From contig JBAZJG010000006.1 of the NCBI GenBank assembly GCA_041651455.1, positions 25,409 to 89,408 of the forward strand: a stretch of 64,000 bases of DNA, given 5' to 3'. This DNA is from Candidatus Omnitrophota bacterium. GTDB taxonomy: Bacteria; Omnitrophota; Gorgyraeia; Pluralincolimonadales; Pluralincolimonadaceae. Below the pieces are notes generated by a model. It did no database searches. It saw nothing but the letters and a program-made list of their open reading frames with translations, and was not told where the DNA came from. Below, piece by piece: positions 47,542 through 55,648 of the stretch (its first letter is position 1; every line of letters begins with the position of its first letter). The position numbers were made by a program, and so were the translations under genes.

Positions 47542-49266
47542 TTACTGCCCCCTTTCTTTGAATACGACAAAGCCCCACTGGCAAGGTTCCTCATAAAATC
47601 TCTCGTCCCCCGAGAGGACCATCTGAGTGTGCCTGTCCTTCGTGTCCGAATCGTTCAATGCCGCGTTGAAGCTGACCTTCATGCCGGGCGACGGTACAAA
47701 GTCCTGCGAGAATGACTTCCACGGCACCACCGCCTCGACAATATACCCGCCGGCTGCGCCCTCCGGCTTATATACCGCCGACTGCACTCCTTCGACCCTG
47801 TTCTTCAACTGCCATGACCATCTCTGCGGGATCACTTCTTTCCTGTTGCCGGTACTGAAACCGATCTGGTAATCCGCCGCGTCGAAAGCCATCCTGTTCG
47901 GGTCGGCCTCAGGGTCGAGGCTGAACGCGATCTCGAAACTGTCGCCGTTCCATATCGCGTCGCCGCGCTTATCGTTGATGAAGGGCTTGTCGTCCTTTAC
48001 TTTTGCCGCGACATAAAGGTTCGCCTCGTCCCACATCAGGTATACTTCCGCGCTTATATCGTCGGGGCCTTTCCAGATATCCTGGCCCATGATCACGTTC
48101 CTCTTGTCGCTTATCACGACCGGCACAACATCCGCCCATTCGGAGAGGTCGCCGTCCGCCGTGACGGGTGCGGCCGCCTTTATAATCTCGATCACCGGCC
48201 TTGCGTATTCCGCCTGCGGGGCCGGCCTGAGTTCCGCCGTGACGCCCTCCGGAAGGCTGAACCCTTTCAGCAGTTTGGAAAAATACACGGGGTCGCTCTT
48301 GAAATACGGGTCGGATACCGCTTCCGAGAACGCCTTGAGTATATCATTTTTCCCGTGAAGCCGCCAGTCGCATTCCTTCTTTATATTAAACCACACAATT
48401 GCTTTTACGCGCGGGAATTTTTGCCTGAGCGCAACAAAGGCGTCTTTTATCCATTGTATCTTGTCGCCGCCGGCATCGCCCGAGGCGAACTCGCCTATCA
48501 TTATCGGTTTACCGGGATATTTTTCCGTCAGCTGCTTATAGCGCTTCGCGAAAATCTTCTCGAACGGGTTCCAGCGGCTCCACTTCTCGGCCGTGCCCCA
48601 GTTATAACCGTCTATAGATACCCAGTCGACGTAGTTGTCCCCCGGGTAGTAATTGCTGTAGGTGTTCCACTGGGTCCACGGCACCTCGGTATCCATGACG
48701 CACCAGACCCATATCGCGTTATCGGCGCCGACCTCTTTAAAGAGGTCGTATACGTGGCGCCACGCCTTAATGTACTTCTTCGGGTCCTTATCGTTCTGGG
48801 CGCCGGACCACGGGTACCAGTTGCCGTCCATCTCGTGGCCCATACGAAGGAAATACGAGGTCCCGAGTCTCTTTCCGCGCTTAGCGAATGTCCTTATATA
48901 TTCGTCGTATTGCCCGTTGATTATGTTATCAAGGTAGATTATGTCCTTGCCGTCCTTCTTTATCCAGGGTTCCCATGTGACGTGGGGTATCGCGCCGTAA
49001 TCGACGATAGCCTTGCAGTCCTCCAGCGGAAAGATCTTCTGCCAATCGATGTAGAACATCACGGAGCCGGACTTCTTGTTTGTGGCGGCGTCGAAACGGT
49101 TTATCGGCGCGATGCGTATGGGGGTGTTCTCCATGAATATGCCCCACAGGCAGCCTTCGGGGATGTCCTGCGCCGCGGGGTCCGCTGCCGCGCAATCCGC
49201 CCTTCCGCAGGAGGCGAAAAGCGCGATGGACAGGAATAACGGTATCATGGCCGGTATCAATCTCAT
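47542..49266 (-). CDS. Glycoside hydrolase family 26 (beta-mannanase-like) with C-terminal CBM9-like module
   Basis: 574 aa. Signal peptide. GH26-type TIM barrel (MFYIDWQ, RMGHEMDGNWYPWSG, WVWCVMDTEVPWTQ, WFNIKKECDWRL). C-terminal CBM9-like segment (EVYLMWDEANLYVAAKVKDDKPFINDKRGDAIWNGDSFEIAFSLD). Confidence 0.65.
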   Translation of the reverse strand: MRLIPAMIPLFLSIALFASCGRADCAAADPAAQDIPEGCLWGIFMENTPIRIAPINRFDAATNKKSGSVMFYIDWQKIFPLEDCKAIVDYGAIPHVTWEPWIKKDGKDIIYLDNIINGQYDEYIRTFAKRGKRLGTSYFLRMGHEMDGNWYPWSGAQNDKDPKKYIKAWRHVYDLFKEVGADNAIWVWCVMDTEVPWTQWNTYSNYYPGDNYVDWVSIDGYNWGTAEKWSRWNPFEKIFAKRYKQLTEKYPGKPIMIGEFASGDAGGDKIQWIKDAFVALRQKFPRVKAIVWFNIKKECDWRLHGKNDILKAFSEAVSDPYFKSDPVYFSKLLKGFSLPEGVTAELRPAPQAEYARPVIEIIKAAAPVTADGDLSEWADVVPVVISDKRNVIMGQDIWKGPDDISAEVYLMWDEANLYVAAKVKDDKPFINDKRGDAIWNGDSFEIAFSLDPEADPNRMAFDAADYQIGFSTGNRKEVIPQRWSWQLKNRVEGVQSAVYKPEGAAGGYIVEAVVPWKSFSQDFVPSPGMKVSFNAALNDSDTKDRHTQMVLSGDERFYEEPCQWGFVVFKERGQ

Positions 49267-49282
49267 TGGTTTACCTTTCTAT

Positions 49283-49297
49283 ACAGGTAGTATACCA
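49283..49297. promoter_or_regulatory. Operator-like motif (site C) upstream of the GH26 gene
   Basis: acagg ta gtatacca at 49283-49297, in the 55-nt gap upstream of the GH26 start (49266). Confidence 0.4.
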
Positions 49298-49321
49298 CAT
49301 CATTCGTAAATTGCAAATATT

Positions 49322-50041
49322 TTACATCGCCCTGCCGGCGCGCAGGGAAGCGGTATATGCTCCGCATCTCTTATATCCGGCCCAGGCCTTGCCGCTTACC
49401 TTCGGGTCGGGGTCTATCTCCGAGACTATAAGATAGCACATCATGGCCGCCTGCCCGTATTCCGCACGGTCGGGCCCGTCGCAGGCCTTCGAAAGGCCCT
49501 CGTAGTACTTCGCCGCCTCGAGATAATTCCTTGATGCCTGTTTCTTCTCGTCGCCTGTCTTCGAACGCAGGCCCGCAATTATACCTTCCGCGCTGCCGCC
49601 CGGCTCGATGCCCGGCAGCCTCAGCTGGCCCGCCAGGCCGCCGTTGCACAGCGCAATGCCCTTTTCTGCCAGCGTCTCCATGCCTTCCGGAGGGCTGTAT
49701 CCCTCCGCTTCCGCGCCTGCCCGCGCCCGGCAGGCGATGCCTTCACTGGCGCACCCTTTTACGACCTCAAAACATCCCCTTGCGAGGATGAAGTACCTGC
49801 TCTTCTTCAACGGTATATCATGCTCTTTTGCGCGCTTCATGAGCTTCTCCGCAAGATCCAGGTATGCCCTGCAGCATGACTCGCGCTCCTGCCTGTCCTC
49901 GATACGGCTTATCCTGCCTACCGCGATCTTCACGTCGGGATCGCAGTTCGGCATGAATATGCCGTCATCGGCCGCGCAGGCCCCGAAACTTAACATTGCC
50001 GCAAACGCTAATACGAAGCTCTTCATCCGGCACCTCCTCAT
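49322..50041 (-). CDS. Hypothetical secreted Cys-rich protein
   Basis: 239 aa. Signal peptide and about 14 Cys. No recognisable family. Start overlaps the stop of the GspK-like gene by 4 nt. Confidence 0.35.
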   Translation of the reverse strand: MRRCRMKSFVLAFAAMLSFGACAADDGIFMPNCDPDVKIAVGRISRIEDRQERESCCRAYLDLAEKLMKRAKEHDIPLKKSRYFILARGCFEVVKGCASEGIACRARAGAEAEGYSPPEGMETLAEKGIALCNGGLAGQLRLPGIEPGGSAEGIIAGLRSKTGDEKKQASRNYLEAAKYYEGLSKACDGPDRAEYGQAAMMCYLIVSEIDPDPKVSGKAWAGYKRCGAYTASLRAGRAM

Positions 50042-52185
50042 TGCCAGTAGACGATCTGCGCCCTTGGCATGAACGATACGGTAACATCCTCAAGGACCGC
50101 GGTCTCGCTATACCAGGGTTTTGTCGCCGCCAGCGCGTTATCGTTGGAAATGAAATTCGCCCTGTACTGTATCGAGGACGCCGCCGGCGAGGTGATCCCG
50201 CCGCCGGCCCCCGGCGCCTGCCACGTATTGCCGCCGTCAACGCTTGTGAGCAGGTCAACCCTTTCCGAGGCCGCATTTGCCGTGGACGGGACGGTTACGG
50301 TTCCCGCGATCGAACCCCAGGCCGCGACGGCGCCGGTGCCGTTCGGGGCCGACACATAATAGCCGTCCTGCGGTATTATCCTGACATTGTCGAAAGCCGG
50401 CAGGTGGTATTCCCCGTATAACCTCATGAGCCCGGCCGCGTTCGTCCCGCTGCCGTTTATATTCGAGAAAGTGTAATTGCCTTCCTGCATCCTGCCCGAG
50501 GAAGCATTGCAATAAGCCCAATATATCCTGTTCTGGCATACCACGCGCAGCGTCTTGCGCAGGACATAGGGCTCCGAATAATTGGCCCATGAAGGGCTAG
50601 CCCATATATGCAGCATCCCGGTATGGGGCAGGGGCCCCGGGTCCACGCCGTACGCAACGCCCTGCTGCATGTCCTCAAGGTAATAGCTCGCGTCCCCGGC
50701 GCTCGTCCTCTTGAAGACGATCCTGCCTACGTCGTTCTGGAACCTGAAAGCGTATAATGCGGGGTTTGTTATGGGGTACTCGTAATCGATCGGCTCCATA
50801 GCGTCCCACCAGAACCTCATGCGCATGTCATAGGTCCTTATCTTGTCGTCTATATACACCTGCGCGCTGTGGTTAGTCCACATCCATCTCGGGGAAGCCT
50901 CTAAGCCGAGGTCGCAGGTCGGCCATAATTTCGTATTATCGGAGGTCTCCGTGTCGTACTGCCCAATGACCGTCGTGTTCCATATCCCGTCCCTCGGGTT
51001 CCATTCGTTATTCGTCCAGTCGGTCTGCTGGCCGACATTGCCGTCTATATTCTCGGTGAAATTGTCCCAGAACCCCGCCTTTATCGAGTTCTTTATTACG
51101 TCGTAATCCGTTACAGCGGCACCGTTCCAGTCCTGGTCGGACCTTACCGGGCAGCTGTCCATGAAATTCACCCGGACCATCTCCCCGTTCGACATATCCC
51201 CCTCCCCCGCGCCGGAGGCCCAGTTGTCGTTGCGCCATACCCGGGCGAACTGGCCCTTTGTCGTCTCGTTCCATATATCGAAAATTTTTATTACCGCATG
51301 GGCCTGCCTTGACGCAACGGCGATCCCCGCGATATTCCTCACGGTCCCCGACGACGTCATTTCATAATAACCGCCGGAATTGAAGCAGAACTCCGTCGAA
51401 TAGGCCGCCGGCTTCGTCCTGTTCGGGTTCGCGCCGTCCTTTACTTCCCTTCTCTCCGCAGGGTTCAGCCCGATATAATTGTCAATGAACGCGTCGAACT
51501 GCTGCCAGCCGGTGAACGGCCGCGCGGCGATGATCGCCTGCGCAAGGCCCTGCGACTTCGCGTCGCTGTTTACGAGGCTGCGGAGCACCGCCCGCAGGAC
51601 GGGTTCCGAAGACGTGTTGATATTGACCGGCGCCCTTTCCTCCGTCGTGGTATCGTCAGGCAGGAAAGTATTCCGGTCCTTATAACCGTATAATGTGACA
51701 TATTCCTTTATCGAGTCGTATTTGGCGGCGCTTATGCCCGCCCTGATCTTTATCTCTTCCTTTGTGGTATACGGGGCGTTATCCACGACAGCCTGGCACT
51801 CTATGGAAGTCAGCGGGTTGCCCAGGGCTGTGTTAAGGTTTTGCATCATCTGGCCGATCCTGCTGTTTTCGGTATTGTTCACGTTTATCTGCCTCGCGCA
51901 ATCTATCACCGTGACCGTATAGCCGCCTTCAGAATAACCGGAATACCATGCTTCCGAAGACGTATCGAAAGCGGTATTCGCGGCCCCTTCCGGGCCGTTT
52001 TTGAGCTCGGCTATGGCCTTGGCGATCCCGGCTTCCGCGAGGTACCTCGCCTTTAAGCCCCTTGAGTAGTTCACGGCCTCCTTGCCGGCCAAAAGCATGT
52101 TCACGGCAAAGGTCGTGCCTATGAGCGCCATCAGCGATAACACGCCCACCACGAGTATCAGCGCCACGCCTTTCTTACCGCGCAT
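50038..52185 (-). CDS. GspK-like minor pseudopilin N-terminal region fused to a ~450-aa Trp/Asn/Tyr-rich extension
   Basis: Likely start ATG 52185 (MRGKKGVALILVVGVLSLMALIGTTFAVNM). GspK-type N-terminus without Glu+5. HhH-like region (SEPVLRAVLRSLVNSDAKSQGLAQAIIAARPFTGWQQFDAF), then a long aromatic-rich C-terminal region. No other T2SS or type IV pilus genes in the window. Confidence 0.45.
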   Translation of the reverse strand: MRGKKGVALILVVGVLSLMALIGTTFAVNMLLAGKEAVNYSRGLKARYLAEAGIAKAIAELKNGPEGAANTAFDTSSEAWYSGYSEGGYTVTVIDCARQINVNNTENSRIGQMMQNLNTALGNPLTSIECQAVVDNAPYTTKEEIKIRAGISAAKYDSIKEYVTLYGYKDRNTFLPDDTTTEERAPVNINTSSEPVLRAVLRSLVNSDAKSQGLAQAIIAARPFTGWQQFDAFIDNYIGLNPAERREVKDGANPNRTKPAAYSTEFCFNSGGYYEMTSSGTVRNIAGIAVASRQAHAVIKIFDIWNETTKGQFARVWRNDNWASGAGEGDMSNGEMVRVNFMDSCPVRSDQDWNGAAVTDYDVIKNSIKAGFWDNFTENIDGNVGQQTDWTNNEWNPRDGIWNTTVIGQYDTETSDNTKLWPTCDLGLEASPRWMWTNHSAQVYIDDKIRTYDMRMRFWWDAMEPIDYEYPITNPALYAFRFQNDVGRIVFKRTSAGDASYYLEDMQQGVAYGVDPGPLPHTGMLHIWASPSWANYSEPYVLRKTLRVVCQNRIYWAYCNASSGRMQEGNYTFSNINGSGTNAAGLMRLYGEYHLPAFDNVRIIPQDGYYVSAPNGTGAVAAWGSIAGTVTVPSTANAASERVDLLTSVDGGNTWQAPGAGGGITSPAASSIQYRANFISNDNALAATKPWYSETAVLEDVTVSFMPRAQIVYWQ

Positions 52186-52288
52186 CTTATCCCCGCCTGT
52201 AAATAGTTTAGGGAGGCCTGAGAGTTGGGGGACTGCATTACTATCAGACCTCCCCAAACGAACTGGGTTGTCTATACTTAGAAGCGGA

Positions 52289-52933
52289 TCACTTCTTCCT
52301 TCTGGAGGCCGCTAACATCCCGACTAAACCCGAGCCGAGAAGCAGCAGGCTTGCCGGTTCCGGTACCGCCTGGATGTCATCGACGCCGAAGTCTACGCTG
52401 CCTCCGGGTGCGGTGCCGCCGCATGCCACGACCAGGTTGATCTGCTTGAGGTCGCCGGTCCATACGTCATCGCCGGTCCCCGCGTTCTGGTCGACAAAGT
52501 TCGCGAAAGGCAGCGATATCGTCTTCCAGCCCGTCCAATCGACGGGCGTGTAGGTCGGAGAGCCGTAATAGCCGCCCGCGAATACATCGCCGTCGTTCTC
52601 GTACAGCTCATACTTGATCGTGCCGTAGCTGCCGTCTCCCTTCACGCTGACGACCAAGTCTGACAGGCCCGACCAGTTCTGCGGTTTGTAATTTCCCCAT
52701 CCGCCCAAATACCAGTTGCCGTTCACATCGGTGCCGTTAAGCCTTAGGTAATTACCGCTGGGCCCTCCCGCAACCGTGGCCTCCGAAAGCTCTCCCGTAT
52801 CCTGGAATCCGTAAGAACCGGAAGGCAGGGCCGGAGGAGTCGAGGTCTCAAAATCCTCCCAGGTTGCAGCCGAAACGCCTGATGCGAACAGGAGGGACAC
52901 AGCCAAAACGACTAAAATAGAGAATCTCTTCAT
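52289..52933 (-). CDS. PEP-CTERM sorting-signal protein with secreted beta-sandwich (CBM-like) domain
   Basis: 214 aa. Signal peptide. C-terminus VPEPASLLLLGSGLVGMLAASRRKK is a textbook PEP-CTERM exosortase signal. Confidence 0.8.
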   Translation of the reverse strand: MKRFSILVVLAVSLLFASGVSAATWEDFETSTPPALPSGSYGFQDTGELSEATVAGGPSGNYLRLNGTDVNGNWYLGGWGNYKPQNWSGLSDLVVSVKGDGSYGTIKYELYENDGDVFAGGYYGSPTYTPVDWTGWKTISLPFANFVDQNAGTGDDVWTGDLKQINLVVACGGTAPGGSVDFGVDDIQAVPEPASLLLLGSGLVGMLAASRRKK

Positions 52934-52977
52934 TATTCTTTTTCACCCCCTTCCCGTCACCATCTCCCCATATATAT

Positions 52978-52992
52978 ACTGGACGTATACCA
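52978..52992. promoter_or_regulatory. Operator-like motif (site B) inside a larger AT-rich palindrome upstream of the PEP-CTERM gene
   Basis: actgg ac gtatacca at 52978-52992. Embedded in atatatatactggacgtataccagtataatatatat. Lies 45 nt upstream of the PEP-CTERM protein start (52933). Confidence 0.45.
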
Positions 52993-53063
52993 GTATAATA
53001 TATATCGGGCATAAGTCAAGGGTAAATATTTGTTAATTTTGGGTGCGTATTACGGCAGGAACT

Positions 53064-53846
53064 TTACCACTTGTTATCGAGCGGCTTGTTGATCCATTCC
53101 CTGAAGGTGGTCCTTCCCTCTATCGCGCTCTCTATCTTGCCCATCCTCTCGCCTACGTAAGGGTGGGTCTTGAAGTAGGAATATGGCCTTATATCGTTCT
53201 TCTTCTCCCTCTTCATCGTCTCCATGAAGGTCATCACGCCGTGCGGGTCATACCCCGCTTCCTTCGTATAAAGGACTGCGCGCTTGTCCGCCTCGAACTC
53301 ATCCTCGCGGGAATACGAGGCCATAAGGGAGGTTATTGCGAGGTCGGTCGCCCGTGCGGCATTGCCCCCCTGCGTCGCAGCGACAAGTATCATCGCTATG
53401 CTGGCCACGGAGCTCTGCTGTAGCTTCTTCATGTGGTGGCGCGCGGCAATATGCCCGATCTCATGCGCTATTACGCCGGCGAGTTCGTCGTCGTTCTTGC
53501 AGACATCGATGAGGCCCGAGAAGACATAGACCCATCCGCCCGGCAGGGATACGGCGTTGATATCGTCGACGGCCAGCACCTTGAAATGGTATATGAGCTC
53601 CTTGCGGTCGCAGTACTTGGCGAGCCTTTGGCCTATAAGCTCGACCCTCTCCTGGGCGTGTTTGTCGGGATCCAGCCTATATACGGCCTCGACCTTCTTT
53701 GCGATAGAATCGCCCATCTCCATCTCCTTTTCAGGGGAGACGATGATGTTCTCGTCCTTCCCGGTAACCATGTTGTATTCTGCCGGGCAGTCCGCCGCAA
53801 CGGATAAGAAACATATAATCGCCGCAAAACACGCTATCCTCGCCAT
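53064..53846 (-). CDS. M48-family zinc metalloprotease (HtpX/BepA-like)
   Basis: 260 aa. Signal peptide and HExxH motif VIAHEIGHIAARH with downstream Glu. Confidence 0.75.
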   Translation of the reverse strand: MARIACFAAIICFLSVAADCPAEYNMVTGKDENIIVSPEKEMEMGDSIAKKVEAVYRLDPDKHAQERVELIGQRLAKYCDRKELIYHFKVLAVDDINAVSLPGGWVYVFSGLIDVCKNDDELAGVIAHEIGHIAARHHMKKLQQSSVASIAMILVAATQGGNAARATDLAITSLMASYSREDEFEADKRAVLYTKEAGYDPHGVMTFMETMKREKKNDIRPYSYFKTHPYVGERMGKIESAIEGRTTFREWINKPLDNKW

Positions 53847-53863
53847 GCGGATAAATTATCATA

Positions 53864-53892
53864 TTGAAAAATGGAAGTAAAGCACTTATAAT
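53864..53892 (+). promoter_or_regulatory. Consensus sigma70 promoter (TTGAAA-17-TATAAT) predicting a leaderless mRNA
   Basis: TTGAAA 53864-53869, 17 nt, TATAAT 53887-53892. ATG of the downstream gene at 53899 (7 nt after the -10). No SD. Confidence 0.5.
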
Positions 53893-53898
53893 ACCCCT

Positions 53899-54375
53899 AT
53901 GAACAAGACGATCTGCCTCGTGCTCGCTGCGGCCGCATCGGCCTTTTGCCTCCAGGGCTGTTCGCAACAGCAACACAAGAAAGAGGCCATAGCGACGATC
54001 GGCAGCTACTCCCTATACAGGGACGATTTCATGTCCGAGCTTGCGTTATACCCTCCGGAATACCTCCAAAAGGTCACGAAAGAACAGGTCCTCGACGGGA
54101 TAATACAGAAGAAGGTGCTGCTTCTGGAGGCCCAGCGCCGCGGGCTTGACAAGGAGCCTCAGTTCATGAAGATGGTCGAACGCTTCTGGGAACAGAGCCT
54201 GCTTCGCTCGCTGCTGGACGAAAGGTCCGAAGAGATACTCTCGGAGATACCGGAAGCGGACAAGGACCGGAACATAAAGGCCGGCGAAGCGCTGAGGTCA
54301 TGGATCGAGGAGCTGGAGAAAAAGACCCCCGTTGAGATCAACGCCGATGCCCTGGAGAAGATAACCATAAAATGA
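53899..54375 (+). CDS. Lipoprotein with SurA-N-like chaperone fold
   Basis: 158 aa. Lipobox LQGC. Helical domain reminiscent of the SurA/PpiD N-terminal region. Confidence 0.45.
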   Translation: MNKTICLVLAAAASAFCLQGCSQQQHKKEAIATIGSYSLYRDDFMSELALYPPEYLQKVTKEQVLDGIIQKKVLLLEAQRRGLDKEPQFMKMVERFWEQSLLRSLLDERSEEILSEIPEADKDRNIKAGEALRSWIEELEKKTPVEINADALEKITIK

Positions 54376-55547
54376 AGACGACCGGCAGCCAGAACCGCAG
54401 ACGCAACTACTTCATTAAAAAAGGTTTCCAGGCAAGCTTCATCGTGAAATTCTGCCTTCTGCTCATACTGGCATGCCTTATAATGTCGTTCGTATCCTAC
54501 CTTTTCATGGGAAATACGTCCACGGCGAGCTTCGAGAACCTCCGCTTTACCGTCAAGAGTACATCCGATTTCATGATGCCGATACTTATATCTAGCGGAA
54601 TAACGGCCGTGGTCCTCGTCAGCATAGCCACGATAGTCATAGTCCTCTTCATATCCCACAGGATAGCGGGGCCGCTCTTCCGTCTCGAGAAATCACTGGA
54701 AGAGCTGGGAGAGGGCGACCTGACCGTGGATGTCCACCTGAGGCAGGCGGACGAGATCAAGGCGCTCGCCGACACCCTAAACAAGACGATGAAGAACCTG
54801 AAGGAGCCGATAGCGGCGTCTAAAGCGAAGGCGGAAGAGCTCGAGGCCGAGGTCGCCTCCCTGAGGGAGATGCTCAGGAAAAAGGGCCTTTCCGACAACG
54901 ATATAGAAAAGGCTGTCGGGCCGGCGGAAAACAAGGTCCGGCAGATAAAACGCGGCCTCTCTTTCTTTAAGATATGCTCGATATTGGCGTTCGCCGTTAT
55001 GTTGGCATGCGCTTCGGTCAGCGCCGCGCATGCGAGCATCACTGCCGAAGGGACATTCACGGACGGCAGCGACTGGACGGCGATCGACAGTATCTTTTGC
55101 ACGATCTTTTTCAAGCATGACGTGGACATAAGGAAAGTCAACAACAGGATCGACACATATAAGATAGATTTCGGCCTTACCGAAAAACCCTCCCGCGCCT
55201 CGAATGATACCGAAGGGGAGATCGCCTATAAGTTCGACCTTATATTCTTCAAGGTCCAGGAGATCCTCGACATGAGGCCAAAGGGCCTGCACCTGAACGT
55301 CCGGATTTATAAGGGGCAGGACGACCTCGACAGGATATATATGGAGATCTTCGACCAGAATAATAATTTTATCGCATATTACATCTTCAAGCTTAATTCG
55401 CTCTTCATGAGCGAGGAGAAGATATCGGCCAACGTGATGGCCCACGAGATAGCCCACTGCATCGTCGACCATTATTTCTCGGTGATCCCTCCCACAAAGG
55501 TCGCCGAGATGATCGCGCAATACGCCGACGCACATCTAAGAGAATAA
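54372..55547 (+). CDS. Membrane protein with 2 TM plus HAMP plus coiled-coil, then an internal signal-peptide-like segment and a C-terminal HExxH-containing domain
   Basis: 391 aa. TM1 and TM2, HAMP (SHRIAGPLFRLEKSLEELGEGDLTVDVHLRQADEIKALADTLN), coiled-coil. At about aa 195 a K-h-region-AHA segment (KICSILAFAVMLACASVSAAHA). Then about 185 aa ending in MAHEIAHCIVDH. Start overlaps the upstream gene stop (ATGA). Confidence 0.5.
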   Translation: MKTTGSQNRRRNYFIKKGFQASFIVKFCLLLILACLIMSFVSYLFMGNTSTASFENLRFTVKSTSDFMMPILISSGITAVVLVSIATIVIVLFISHRIAGPLFRLEKSLEELGEGDLTVDVHLRQADEIKALADTLNKTMKNLKEPIAASKAKAEELEAEVASLREMLRKKGLSDNDIEKAVGPAENKVRQIKRGLSFFKICSILAFAVMLACASVSAAHASITAEGTFTDGSDWTAIDSIFCTIFFKHDVDIRKVNNRIDTYKIDFGLTEKPSRASNDTEGEIAYKFDLIFFKVQEILDMRPKGLHLNVRIYKGQDDLDRIYMEIFDQNNNFIAYYIFKLNSLFMSEEKISANVMAHEIAHCIVDHYFSVIPPTKVAEMIAQYADAHLRE

Positions 55548-55570
55548 GGATTGACGGAGCCATGCACAAA

Positions 55571-55607
55571 GGGGACACCCTGCTTTATGCAGGATGTCCC
55601 CTTTTTT
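55571..55607 (+). terminator. Rho-independent terminator (bidirectional candidate) between convergent genes
   Basis: ggggacaccctgc-(tttat)-gcaggatgtcccc followed by TTTTTT. Flanked by a larger imperfect inverted repeat ggagccat...atggctcc (55556-55648). On the minus strand the same stem is followed by TTTGTG. Confidence 0.6.
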
Positions 55608-55648
55608 ATCATCTTCGAGGGTGTCCCCCCGGAGGATGGCTCCAGTTA

